A stretch of DNA of 64,000 nt, taken from assembly GCA_044892525.1 (NCBI GenBank), contig CM097886.1:73904001-73968000 (forward strand), written 5' to 3'. This DNA is from Schmidtea polychroa. Its lineage: Eukaryota. A model generated the notes under the pieces. That model searched no databases and was not told where the DNA came from. It saw nothing but the letters and a program-made list of their open reading frames with translations. Shown here piece after piece: positions 15,201 to 28,442 of this stretch; positions within the stretch are counted from its first letter, which is position 1, and every line of letters starts with the position of its first letter. The position numbers and the translations under genes were made by a program.

Positions 15201-17277
15201 ACTACGGTAACATCCGACTTGTAAAAAAACGTTGCATTTGGTGTCAAAAACTTGCCCTAGCTACTAATAATTATTAGAAATATGAAAGCGTGAGGCCTAG
15301 GGGAAAATCCCCGAAGTTCCGGCCTTTGAGCCGGCTCTGTATACATGGCAACAATTAAATTATAATTACAATTTTAGGTTCATCATCCATACACAGACTA
15401 TTTAATTTATTTAACTAATCAAACTCACACACACCAACAAAATCACATTCAGATTTTCTCAAACATGGATCCTTAAGATTTTCAATAAATTTATCAACAT
15501 TTTACTTGAATTTTATCAAACAATTTCAATAATTTTTTGGAACGTGTAATTTGTGAAGCGTTATTAATAACCATATGATCCGAAAATAAACGTGCAAAAT
15601 GCAGTGAACACTTGTCTTTTAAATGTTTATAAATAGTTTTTTTATAAATTATATAGTATATATGGATTGTTGTTGTTAAATTAATTAATTATTAAATTAT
15701 TCAATTGGATAATTTTAAATTTCAATATTTAAAAAAAAATTTTAATTGCTAGAATTTTAAAAATGATTTTTAAATTATAATTTTTAAAAAATAAAATATT
15801 TTTATTAAAAATTTGATATAATATGTCTGGGGAAATATGTGGAAATTGACAATTCACCCGAACTGGCTTCATCTTGGCAAAAGAAAATCAAGGAGCATAA
15901 TTATAAAAACTATGTAATAAAGTAAAAAATAATGGTAAATCAAAATCAAAATCAGAATAATGTTTTGTCGAAAGGGAAATCGGATTTAAAAAACATTGTT
16001 TAATAATAGATTAAAATCAAATGAATATTAAATTTAACTTATTATGTCACTTAATTAATTAACATGATAACATTATATATAGAGATTGATTATGCTGTTG
16101 TGTTTATAAATTAGTCATTGGGATTTTTGACGATTTTAATTAATTAGTTATTTGATTAATTATTACTAAGCATTTATTTTTAAAAATTCAACAAATGAAT
16201 AAACAAATTTGTAAATTATTCTGTGAATAAATTAGAGTAAATATTTGGAAAACTATTTAAACATTGAAAGGTTTAAAAGCATTTTCAAGTCATCATATTT
16301 CTTTTATGCAAAAGATTTCGCTGGTTTAAATGTAAATCCACTAGAATGTAAATATTAGAATTTCCATCAGTTTTGTAAGTAGCATGTCGTGGCATCGAGT
16401 ATAATGTTAGTCAAGTCATCACTGTTCGTAAGGGAATTCGGCCGCAGGGTTCATGTCTTACGTAATATATAATGCTACTCATTTACTTTTGGTCTAAAGC
16501 ATTAATAAGCATATCTTTTTATGTTTCTGAGTTGAAGACAGCAAAAGAAATGGTAATAGATTGAAATAGCTACCTTCGGGATGTATGTGCCAATACACTT
16601 ATTATTAATCCTGTTTTTATTTGTGACCAAAAATAACTGTTGAAATAGATAAAGACATTCACATCCTGGAAGAATGAAATTAATCGAGTTTTAACACAGC
16701 AGGGTACTTGGTATAATTTTTCATGAGGCAGGAGGTTGTTTAATGTAAACAGTTCCTGGCAGAACAGCAGCTACACTAATGCTTATTGTCGCGGCCAACA
16801 TTCGTCATGTCGAATTAATTATATACGTACAATGCGATAGCATCAATTCCCGACTTTATACACCAAGCGATAAATCGCTCTGTTAACTCTGTTGACAGGA
16901 TATACAACGAATCGGGATATCATTGAAGTCTACCAAGGATTGATCATTTTTAACATTTCATATTTGTTAAAATCTCATTCCATATTTTCCCATTATAAAA
17001 TTTAAATGGATAAATTAACCGAGATAAATATTCAACGTTAAAAACTATTTACAAGAACCAATAGCAAAAAGAAACTCGATGTTTTAAATTTGCAAAACCA
17101 GTATCACAAAAATATTTAAAAATTGTGAGTCAATTTTATTAAATCTTAAAATTAAAGAAAAATATCAACTATAATATATATTTATTAAATTAATAAGCTT
17201 ATTCATACTGGGTTTAAACTCAGATGAAGCTTATTCGATTAATATCTGAATCATGAAAATATATATTAACTACATAC

Positions 17278-17455
17278 TCAACTTTGGTGATTTGAAATCC
17301 AACAATGATTTATTAGTTCTCGGCTTCTGTGCTTCTAAAATTACTTCTTCTTCTATGTATCCCCCGGCTAATGGAAGAATAGAACGTTTCTTTTTCTACA
17401 AAAATTAATTATTAATCAAACTAGAAATATTCAAACTAACTTGAGAAAATGACAT
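17278..17455 (-). CDS. 5' exons of an unidentified gene, head-to-head with the caspase
   Basis: ATG at 17455-17453, exon 1 MSFSQ, 45-bp GT-AG intron (17440-17396), then in-frame exon 2 KKKRSILPLAGGYIEEEVILEAQKPRTNKSLLDFKSPKL ending at a GTATGT donor. Confidence 0.45.
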
Positions 17456-17998
17456 ATACTCAATAAATTGACAAATAGATCAATATAAATTTACAGGAAA
17501 ATATTTATTTTGGACTAAAGAGTATGCGAAATAGCGAAATAAAAATAAATTATTTAAAAATACTATTAAGTAAAGATTTAGTTAAAATTAAACATTTCAA
17601 TTTTTAAAACAAACAATAAATTGTTTTTAATTAATTGAAATTATTATTTTTTGAAAATATTTCACTTGAAACAATATAAATATCTAACAATTCATTCTAT
17701 ATTCAATTAAGAATAATTCGAGTAAAATAGTATATATTATAAACATAAACAATGAAACTTCGAACTATTAACAATTTTAAGAAATGTATAATTTTTATTC
17801 CGTTGGTTGAAATTTTGGTTGAAAAAATATATTTTTATTAATAATTTTCAATAACTCTTAATGAACAAGTAAATAAAAATTGCTAAATTTCAATAATCAA
17901 ATACAATCTATCATTACTGTGATATGTTTTATATTAAGTCTTGTTTTACCAATTCTTTTTATTCAAGCGCATAATCTAAAGATTTATTTTAGTCATAA

Positions 17999-19084
17999 AT
18001 GAATCCGGATCATAGAAAATTGTTAAAAGTAAATCATTTTTATTTACTGATTCATCTCAATATTTCAAATGAGCCAAATCTTATTTCTATTCTTAATAAT
18101 TTTGGTATCCTATCACAAAAGCATGTTGATGATATTAATTCACAAATTTCTCCTATTAAAATGATAGACAAATTTTTATCTATATTACCTAAGCGTGGAT
18201 CTAAAGCTTTTGATAAATTTATTGAAGCCTTAAAACAATCTCAACAGGAATATATTGCTGAAAAGCTTAATCTGTGTGCTGGTGTTCCTGTTGATTTAGT
18301 TCCTATTTCTCCTGTTGATACTACGGACAATTTGATCGACAATAGAAGGTTAAATAATACTAATCGGTTAATATTGTTGATGAATAATTATAATTTTGGT
18401 AAGGATGATGTCAACCGAATTGGTTCAGAAAAAGATGTAGAACAACTGAAATATTTTTTTAATGAATTAGGCTACAAATTGTTTGATAATAAAACTTTTG
18501 AGGATTTAAATTCTAATGAAATGATTGAAGTAATACAAAAATTTGCATCATATATAGTTGATAATTCTATTAATAGCGTTGTTATAATTATAATGTCTCA
18601 TGGAAAGAATAAAAGAGTATGTGGCATCGATGAACATTTTGTAGATCTTCATCTTATATACAAAATTTTGTCTCATAAAACCGAAAACATATTTAAATTA
18701 ATTATATTTTCTTGTTGTCGTGGAGAAACGGCTTCTTTAGCATCTGGGCTAGTGAATGAATCAAATGAACATCTATCAGATTCCATGTCGATAAATGATT
18801 TAATACAAAAAGATCGATATGATGAATATTCCTGGCGGTTTCAAAATCATATCCCGAAAAATGCAGTTATTCTTTATAGTACACAAGAGAATTATCAATC
18901 TCATCGGGAAACCTCAGGGACAATTTTCATTCAGGCATTATTGTCAATATTCAAAGCTCATTACAAAACTAAATCGTTGCGGGAAATGGTTATAATGATA
19001 AGATCAGAAATGAAACGACTTTTTCCGAAGTATGATCAATGGCCGGACATTAAAGAAAACTATTTTGTAAATTTTTATCTTTGA
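17999..19084 (+). CDS. Intronless CARD-containing initiator-type caspase (361 aa)
   Basis: N-terminal CARD (LSILPKRGSKAFDKFIEAL), NRIGSEKD, catalytic IIMSHG and IFSCCRG, and small-subunit SHRETSGTIFIQAL. ATG start and TGA stop. Confidence 0.9.
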   Translation: MNPDHRKLLKVNHFYLLIHLNISNEPNLISILNNFGILSQKHVDDINSQISPIKMIDKFLSILPKRGSKAFDKFIEALKQSQQEYIAEKLNLCAGVPVDLVPISPVDTTDNLIDNRRLNNTNRLILLMNNYNFGKDDVNRIGSEKDVEQLKYFFNELGYKLFDNKTFEDLNSNEMIEVIQKFASYIVDNSINSVVIIIMSHGKNKRVCGIDEHFVDLHLIYKILSHKTENIFKLIIFSCCRGETASLASGLVNESNEHLSDSMSINDLIQKDRYDEYSWRFQNHIPKNAVILYSTQENYQSHRETSGTIFIQALLSIFKAHYKTKSLREMVIMIRSEMKRLFPKYDQWPDIKENYFVNFYL

Positions 19085-19786
19085 CAAAATTTTCAATTGG
19101 TTTTTTATTTAAATTTTTTTATAAATTATACGTTCAAAGAAGCGCTAGTGAAATTATTGGTAGAATAAATGTTTGGAATGACGTGCCATTCAATTCAATC
19201 AATTTTGGTTAATTTGCAATGTCAAGAGTTCGTAATTGCAGCTGGTTCACAGATATTTGGTTATGTCAATCGTTAGGTGACACATTCTTAAGATAAAATC
19301 TTCAATCTCGAATTGTAAATATTGAAATTATGAAAAAAATTCTAAACATTAAAGTTTTAAAACTAACATTTTTAGAAAATATTTTAATTTTAAAATTTGA
19401 TTTTATTAAAAATGGATAATTTTGATTAAGCAGGAAAATTTTAAAACAGAAATAAACTTTTAAAAAATATGATATCTGATTTTTTAGATATAAACTGAAG
19501 CTGACAATCTAATTGCAGCTAGCGTTAGCAATAAACTATTGCAAAGTAAGGCGAATTTAGAATAACATTATTTACATATTTAAAAAATCTTTATATAATA
19601 AAAATAGAATAGTGCATATTTTAATTGATTTCCATTCGACTACACTATTGCTGTAAAGATAAAATATGTTATGTTTTTAGTAACGACGTCAGAAATGCTC
19701 TAAGAAACATTTAAATGAAACAGCAGTCCGAACTAAAAATAATGCATATTTATTAATAATAGACTTGTTAATAAATTTTTGAGCAA

Positions 19787-20333
19787 GAGTATCTTACCAT
19801 TTTAATAAAACAAATCAAGAATGATTTCGGTTTTTGACCAACAAACAATTACAGCTTTCGCATATTACAGAACACTGATAAAAAAGTTTTTGTTGGGACA
19901 TTTCCCTAGTAAGACCATTACGGTCATGCATTCATTTTAATATATACTTCCCTAAAATTCCGACAGCAGTTACAATGAGTTATGGAGGGTAGGTAAGCTA
20001 ATAATCATGCGTTTAGGGATGAGCAATGAAAAATCTATGAGTGACCCTAGAAAATTTAGGCAACACGTCCACTGGTCGCCTACAGTAGTTCAAAGTTTCA
20101 AGAAAAGTTAACGATGGTCAGTTTAGAAAAAACAGAATAAAAAATCAAGTAAAATAAAGTTTTAATCAAATTATTAAATTATAAACATTTATAAAATTGA
20201 ACAAGAAATTTTAATTAAAATTTGGCGTCTGAACATGAGTATCTTACCATATTATCAAAACAAATAAAGAATGATTTCGGTTTTTGACCAACAAACAATT
20301 ACAGCTTTCGCATATTACAGAACACTGATAAAA
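19787..20333 (+). repeat. 97-bp direct repeat (19787-19883 and 20237-20333) upstream of TSR3
   Basis: gagtatcttaccat...gaacactgataaaa occurs twice at an offset of 450 bp, with a few mismatches. Confidence 0.85.
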
Positions 20334-20628
20334 TCATATACTAAATGCACTTTATTAGTCATCTAACATCGAATCCATTTCAGTATAAAATTTTTATTTT
20401 TAACAAAATTGAACTTTAAAATAAACTAATTTTTTATTCCAATTAGATAAATAGCATATTTTAAATGTTTTATGCTAGTTCATACAAACCAACTATAATT
20501 GAATATTACCATTCAAATATTACCAAATTCGTAAAACTTGTTTAAATAATATTATTTAATTAATATTTTAACAATTTTTACCTAATTTATTATTATTTTT
20601 TTAATATCGTATATTTAAATTTTAATTC

Positions 20629-21536
20629 ATGAACAAAAAAGGTTATAATAAAAAAGGCAATAAAAGTTACAAGAACCAACGTAATCAAAATAGAGATTTC
20701 AGACAATTTACTAATGGACATTCGACTGATGAAGGTATTTAATTTAATAGATTTATAATTTTTTAAATTTCTATGATTTAGAAAATAATGAAAATGAAAG
20801 TGAAAATATAAAATTGGCAATGTGGGATTTAGAACAGTGCAATTCGAAGATTTGTAGTGGAAGAAAACTTGTTCGATTAGGACGAGTCAAAATACTAAAA
20901 ATGAATGAAACATTTAATGGAATAGTTTTAGCTCCCGATGCAACTAAATGTATTGACCCGGAAATTGATTTAGAAATAATGAAAAAAAGTGGTTTGGCAG
21001 TTGTTGATTGCAGTTGGGCCCAAGTCACTACTACAGATTTTCGCAAATTGAAATATAAACACGCTCGATTATTGCCTTATTTATTGGCTGCTAATCCTGT
21101 GAATTACGGTAAACCCAGCAAATTGAATTGTGCGGAAGCATTGGCGGGATTTTTAGCAATTTTCAACCTACGCGAACAAGCTGAAGATTTGATGAATTGT
21201 TTCGGTTGGGGTCACAGTTTCATGGAATTAAACGAATCCCTCTTAGACGCATATTCTCAATGCAATACCACAACTGACGTATTGAAATGCCAAGATGAAT
21301 TACTGGATACGATGGATCAGGAAATAGAGGACCACAAAGCCCAAAAATCTCTGACATACGACGATGTTTATGCCGAACTCGATAGAGAATTGAAATCGGA
21401 ATCCGAGGAGGAACAAATCAAAGAATCAGAAATCGATCCGGAATTGAAAATCGCAGATCTCAATATAAAAGAATGCGATCACAACTCCAAAACGGAAACC
21501 GCTCGAGTTCTCACAGATGCCGACATTGTACTTTAA
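20629..21536 (+). CDS. TSR3: TSR3-only truncated copy 1 (18S rRNA aminocarboxypropyltransferase domain; exons 20629-20734 and 20782-21536; 286 aa)
   Basis: LAMWDL..C..K.CSGRKL, VVDCSW, LPYLLAANPVNYGKPSKLNCAEALA and FGWGHSF motifs. ATG at 20629, 47-bp GT-AG intron, ends DADIVL*. Confidence 0.85.
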
Positions 21537-21599
21537 TTTGATTGAAACATGATTTTATTGAATTTATCCTTTCTTTTCGATATTAGCACTAAATATCTA

Positions 21600-23800
21600 T
21601 TTACACACTGAAATTTGTAAACGATTTATTTGAGCTATTTGGATATTCAATTGTGGTATTGCAGTCTCCATTATCAGAACGTAATTGTTCATTTGAACTT
21701 GACATATCGATTGAATGCATGTTATGCGATTTGACGACGAGTAAGAGTATTAGCAACAGCTTTACAAGATTTAATATTTGTAATGTGCATTCGATATGTA
21801 GGTGAAGCATTTCGTTAATCCATAAATTGATTTAAAAGATTGAGATGTTTAAAAAAATGTAATCTATTTGTATATTAAAACAATGTATTTTAATTTAACA
21901 AAGTATTTGCAATTAAACTATTAAATTAATATATTTGTTAACTGAAAGTCAAATGCATTCCAATAGCTTCCAATAAGTAAGCGGAGTGTAGGTATGCTAC
22001 CTGACAGTGAACCCTGCTTGATTGGTCCCTAGTGAGGCTGTCTATAAGAGGTTTGTGATCAATGAAGATTGTGAATTTTCTACCTTAGCATAGTGATTTT
22101 CTGTTGAATGCGCTGTACTTTGACATTGCTAGAGAAAAGTTGTAATCAGTGTGTCACGTGTTGTGTCGAAACAATTCTTTTTCTTTCCTTTGTTCAGTGA
22201 TGAAAGAGGCGCCATTATGTGTAATACATCTTTTATGAATCTTTGACAGAAATTGGCTATTTTCAAATAGCTGTGGATTACATCAAGGCGTTCGAGAAAA
22301 GATTCGTAACTTGTAAATGAGAATATGTGTCCAAGGAATCTGACTGGTTTTTAAAAAACATTGCATTTATTTACCTTGATCTGTAAATTACGACGGTTTA
22401 ATATGTCAAGAATCGTGTGCAGATCTTTGGTGTGGGCGTCGTGGTCGAGTGTTGCTATGAATCTATCGTCCAGGTATGCAAAATTGTGTCCATGAAGCGT
22501 TGGTAGGACTAAGCTGCGTTTCTTATGCGTAAAGGCATAAACATGTATTCGATTTTTCCAAATGGTGTGGTGACGGCAACTTTTGGAACATCATCGATAT
22601 AGATGGGAAACTGGTGATAGGCTTTCAAGAAGTCGAAAATATGGGGGATTGTGAAAAGCGTGTTATTAGATCTTTGATAAGTGACATTGTTTATGATGTT
22701 TGAATTGATTGAATTGACTGTAGTCGCCTCACAGCCTGAGTGAACGGTCTTTCTCTGTGACTACGTGGATTGGTGAACGTTATTGTGATAAAGAACAACG
22801 TATAATACCTGCATTCTCTAGGCTGATAAATTCGGCTTTGCCTGGGTCGAGTTTGATGGGTGGGAGAGATCTATGTCGGTTGTGTTGTGGATGTAATTAG
22901 TCGACATGGTTGTAGGTGGTGAGGTTTAGGTATGTGGTTGATATTATTTCGATCATGTTGTGCATTGGCTCTGTAATAACCGACATGTGTTTATTGCGTC
23001 CAGCCTTGGCAGTATATTGGATAGAGCTGAGTTGGGTCGAAATCGAGTTAAAAAATAAGCGAGAACCTCGAATCATTATCAAAAATTCAGAGGAGATCCG
23101 TAAAAAGAATAATATTAACTTTCTAATTGTTTTTGAAAGAAATAAAACTTTTCGTTATTTTATCATCAATTTATTCGTTGAGTTTATCGTAGATGGTCAT
23201 ATTAAACATAAATCGGACAAATACAACAATTTCGTAGAATAATTAATTTATTATAAATATTATTTTAAAAATCGAAACAAATAAGAATAAATTAAGTAAG
23301 AATAGATCAGAACCAGTAAATGTCAAGTCATACTGAGTATAAGACGGAAAATTTTTACGAACGATAAATTTTTATTTAATACTCTTACTATTTAACCATT
23401 TAATAGTTAGTACGAATATCAACTGCGCTTCAAGTTGAGTTAAAACAAAATAATTTTGTGCAGTATGGATCCTATGGAAAAGTTTCACCAGAACGTTGCG
23501 CGATATAACTCAGAAGAAGCCCGTCAAGCTGATAGGGTTAAGTCTGTGGTCTGAAAGTGTTGGAGGCAAACTATAACAGGAAATCGAAACAGTCGAAAGT
23601 CATGAGTCGAGGATCAGGAGTTTATTGACGGTCTCAAGATCACGATTTAAGAGCAAACTCAGGAAATTACAGAGCTTCGGGCTTGCAGAAGCAGGCCGAG
23701 TGTTATCATATTCAGAAACCGAATTATTTCCGGTTATAACGGTGCTCATCTCCAGAATTCCGATCCTCGTTAAAATAGCCATAGTAATTTAAGATCCAAA
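21600..23800 (-). mobile_element. Degenerate Ty3/Gypsy gag-pol relic (unit 1)
   Basis: Minus-strand fragments: gag-like AILTRIGILEMS; RT LENAGIIR..SPIHVVTEKD, LKAYHQFPI.DDVPKVAVTTPFG, YLDD; RNase H GRKFTIFIDHKPL and AVANTLTR. Many stops and frameshifts. Confidence 0.8.
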
Positions 23801-24589
23801 TATTTTTTGAACGTAGAATTAATGGTCAGATATTTGATTAATCAATGACCACGTAAAATTTCTGGTTAAATAGGTAAATTAAGTGCTAAATTATTAAATT
23901 AAACCTAGGCCCCACAAGTTCTAAAGAAAGAAAATCAGAGAATCAAGGACAGGTCAGAATACAAAGAACTTATTGCACATTGATTTAAATATTTATGATG
24001 ATTTTTTAATTATATTTTGTATTTTATTTGTAGCTAAATGGCTTGTTATATTTCATAATTATTTTGATTGATTTTCATTAGTTTGAGTAAATTTAAACAA
24101 TTAATTAAATTTGAAGGTTTCTTCACTAAGAGGTAGTCATATTAAATTCGATAACTGGCGGACTATATATCAATCAAAATGATGTGCCAATTTTTCATTT
24201 GAGGACAAAGAGAATTTATAGTCCTAGAAAAATTTGACTTAGAAGATAAATTTGAGTAAATATTCAATTTGATGTGACTGTAGCAAATAAATAATTGTGA
24301 AATATGAGCATCTACAATATACAGTGAAGATTAGGGAAAGGAAACTTCATAAAAAGCAACTTTTCACAAAAATAAACTTTTTGTGATTCCAATTTAAATT
24401 TTAATTCACAAAAACTAACTCTGGATTTTTTTTTATTTTTTATGTTGTAAAATCCTTAAATAATAAAAAAATTAATTTGTCAATAACTTGAACCGTTTTT
24501 AAATCCATAAAAAATTAATAATTCACTGTTGATGTAGATATAAAAATTAAAATAATTATATAATTATTATTTATTTATTATTAAAATCT

Positions 24590-25695
24590 GTGAATAAAAA
24601 CTATCTGATAATGATACAAACGTACCTGGATTTATCGCGAGGTTTAAAAATCAGTTTGAAGAATGTACAATGTACCCAGAACAAATATACAATGCTGATG
24701 AAACCGGGATTGATTTTCAAAAATATTAATATGAAAACTTTAGTGACTGCAGAAGAAAAGACTGCACCAGGTAGGAAAAATAGTAAGGAACAGATAACTG
24801 TAATGTCTTTTGTTAATGTGACTGGTCATCATAAATTACCATTGATGGTAAAAGGCGATCAAAACATCCACGTTCTTTTAAAAATGTGAATTTGCTAATA
24901 TAAATTACCGATCATCGAAAAATGCATGGCAAACCAGAAAACGTTTTAAAGAATGGTTTCATAAAATATTTGTACAAGAAGTAAAAAACAATTTGGAACG
25001 GAAAAAAATTGCCATCGAAAGCCATTTTATTGTTAGATAATGCCAGCAGTCACTGCTTTGGAGAACAAATGGAGAATAACAGTTATGTTTTCCCACCAAA
25101 GACTACATTAATATTGCAACCACTTGATCAAAATATTTTAAAATCGTTAAAAACTTTGTATCGCAAGAAACTTTTAATCAATTTAATGTCAAGGAATGAT
25201 GACAATTTAGTTGAAGCCCTAAAATCTATTACATTAAAGGATGTTGTTTTTATGCTCATTGAAACATGGGATAAGGTCAAAATTCAAATGATAAAAAATG
25301 GCTTTAAACATCTTTTCGGTTCAGTTGATGAAAAAAATTTTAATTTAAAATTAAATCATTTTTCGGATGTAGACGATGCTCCAGTAGTAGAAATTTACCG
25401 TCTTGTAATTCCAGAAAATAACATAAATGATAATCAGATAATTGATTGGGCAAGTGGAGGCAATGAAAGTTCTAAATCGCTTATTACTTATGAAGACATA
25501 ATAAAAAATATTAACATCGATGAAGAACATAATAATAATCACAGTTTATGCGTTCACACTGATAAACCTCTCAATGGCATAAATCTTGGTCTAAATTGGG
25601 CCGAAAGTAAATTACTTATTTCTTCGAAAAGTAAGAAAAAACATAATCTTGAAAAAGATTGGGAAGTAATATTTCTAGTTCGAATAAATATTTAA
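24590..25695 (+). mobile_element. Frameshifted Tigger/pogo (DDE_1, CENP-B-like) transposase relic (unit 1)
   Basis: QIYNADETG, KTLVTAEEKTAPGRKNSKEQITV, AILLLDNASSH and TLILQPLDQNILKSLKTLYRKKL, split across frames. Confidence 0.85.
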
Positions 25696-27471
25696 AAATT
25701 GTTATTTGTTATGTATAAATATATATGTATTTTTTTGTTTATAATAATATATGAATTTTTTTATCACATATCTCTCAAAATGTAGTTTTTTATCGATTAA
25801 AGAACAATCGTACACCAAAATTAATAAAAAGAAACATTTTTTTTTAAATTTTGTATCAAAATAGTTTTTTTTATGAATGTTTTTGTATTATTTAAGCGAA
25901 ATAGTGGACAATTCAACGGAAAGCCCTATTATAATATCAAATTTTCAAAATTCTTTGAATTTCGTTTATTGCGAAGGTTTAACATAGGAGTCCAAATTAG
26001 ACGGCAACGACTAAGGGATTGAGTAGCTCATGAAAAGATAAAAGGGCAACAGAAATGAGGTACGACACCTTCCATGGTAACCCATGAATCCAGACGCTCG
26101 ATAAGTCAGGCTCATCTTTTGCTGACAGTCACCCGCTAAATAGAAGTAACAAAGTTGCTTGCGACAGACGTTTAGTGGTTTGTGCGGTTGCTAAGGAGAT
26201 GCGAATGCAGTAAAAGTGATGGCTTTATAAGTTTTTCATACGTAACCCACTACTATGTTATGGGAATAATTGCATTATTTGTGTATAATGTGTTTTTTGA
26301 TAGAATGGTGGATGTTTAAAATAATGTATAAGTGAGTACAACAGTTGATTGATAGAAAAAAGAAATATTCGAATAGGGGATATAGTCGAAAAGCTAATCT
26401 AGTGAGTAAAAGATTGTAGCGATCTAAGAAGCATAAGTCCTTCTATCGAAATCTATGAATCCAAAAGTGAAAACGAATGAAGAGTTATTCCAAAAAGGAA
26501 ACGCAGGGGCTCTATTTTCGACTATAAGATAGTCCTTGTCTATTTTCATTAAATACATTATTCGCAGCAAAAGGCTTTAATTATCACTTTATGATTTTAA
26601 ATAATAAATGCTGCCAGCAAGAAATAATCAATCCAACATGTATACCAGTGCAATTTTGGAAATCTCAAGCTTTTTTGAGACCTAGATCCTAGACCTAGAC
26701 ACATGATATGTTTGAAATAGTCTTGAAAGTTTTTGTTGGGACATTTCCCTAGTAAGACCATTACGGTCATGCATTCATTTTAATATATACTTCCCTAAAA
26801 TTCCGACAGCAGTTACAATGAGTTATGGAGGGTAGGTAAGCTAATAATCATGCGTTTAGGGATGAGCAATGAAAAATCTATGAGTGACCCTAGAAAATTT
26901 AGGCAACACGTCCACTGGTCGCCTACAGTAGTTCAAAGTTTCAAGAAAAGTTAACGATGGTCAGTTTAGAAAAAACAGAATAAAAAATCAAGTAAAATAA
27001 AGTTTTAATCAAATTATTAAATTATAAACATTTATAAAATTGAACAAGAAATTTTAATTAAAATTTGGCGTCTGAACATGAGTATCTTACCATATTATCA
27101 AAACAAATAAAGAATGATTTCGGTTTTTGACCAACAAACAATTACAGCTTTCGCATATTACAGAACACTGATAAAATCATATACTAAATGCACTTTATTA
27201 GTCATCTAACATCGAATCCATTTCAGTATAAAATTTTTATTTTTAACAAAATTGAACTTTAAAATAAACTAATTTTTTATTCCAATTAGATAAATAGCAT
27301 ATTTTAAATGTTTTATGCTAGTTCATACAAACCAACTATAATTGAATATTACCATTCAAATATTACCAAATTCGTAAAACTTGTTTAAATAATATTATTT
27401 AATTAATATTTTAACAATTTTTACCTAATTTATTATTATTTTTTTAATATCGTATATTTAAATTTTAATTC

Positions 27472-28379
27472 ATGAACAAAAAAGGTTATAATAAAAAAGG
27501 CAATAAAAGTTACAAGAACCAACGTAATCAAAATAGAGATTTCAGACAATTTACTAATGGACATTCGACTGATGAAGGTATTTAATTTAATAGATTTATA
27601 ATTTTTTAAATTTCTATGATTTAGAAAATAATGAAAATGAAAGTGAAAATATAAAATTGGCAATGTGGGATTTAGAACAGTGCAATTCGAAGATTTGTAG
27701 TGGAAGAAAACTTGTTCGATTAGGACGAGTCAAAATACTAAAAATGAATGAAACATTTAATGGAATAGTTTTAGCTCCCGATGCAACTAAATGTATTGAC
27801 CCGGAAATTGATTTAGAAATAATGAAAAAAAGTGGTTTGGCAGTTGTTGATTGCAGTTGGGCCCAAGTCACTACTACAGATTTTCGCAAATTGAAATATA
27901 AACACGCTCGATTATTGCCTTATTTATTGGCTGCTAATCCTGTGAATTACGGTAAACCCAGCAAATTGAATTGTGCGGAAGCATTGGCGGGATTTTTAGC
28001 AATTTTCAACCTACGCGAACAAGCTGAAGATTTGATGAATTGTTTCGGTTGGGGTCACAGTTTCATGGAATTAAACGAATCCCTCTTAGACGCATATTCT
28101 CAATGCAATACCACAACTGACGTATTGAAATGCCAAGATGAATTACTGGATACGATGGATCAGGAAATAGAGGACCACAAAGCCCAAAAATCTCTGACAT
28201 ACGACGATGTTTATGCCGAACTCGATAGAGAATTGAAATCGGAATCCGAGGAGGAACAAATCAAAGAATCAGAAATCGATCCGGAATTGAAAATCGCAGA
28301 TCTCAATATAAAAGAATGCGATCACAACTCCAAAACGGAAACCGCTCGAGTTCTCACAGATGCCGACATTGTACTTTAA
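27472..28379 (+). CDS. TSR3: TSR3-only truncated copy 2
   Basis: Same structure as copy 1 at +6,843. Confidence 0.85.
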
Positions 28380-28442
28380 TTTGATTGAAACATGATTTTA
28401 TTGAATTTATCCTTTCTTTTCGATATTAGCACTAAATATCTA

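Noticed and set aside
14860-15345. Possible hAT relic and a single TIR-like end (CAGAGCCGGCTC on the minus strand near 15340)
   Set aside because: Only a weak FDDIIEELAVKK resemblance; no partner TIR or TSD was found.
16380-16940. Possible CR1/L2-like LINE relic on the minus strand
   Set aside because: Higher GC and vague similarity only; no diagnostic RT motif was recoverable.
20814-20816. ORF-track starts at 20814, 27657, 34500, 41343, 49229 and 57162
   Set aside because: These are TTG or GTG codons. The TSR3 genes start at upstream ATG exons, and ORF2 has no ATG at that position.
25990-26725. GC-richer segment and cctagatcctagacctag motif as a possible Helitron end
   Set aside because: CTAG is not at the segment boundary, there is no 5' TC or terminal hairpin, and no recognisable protein.
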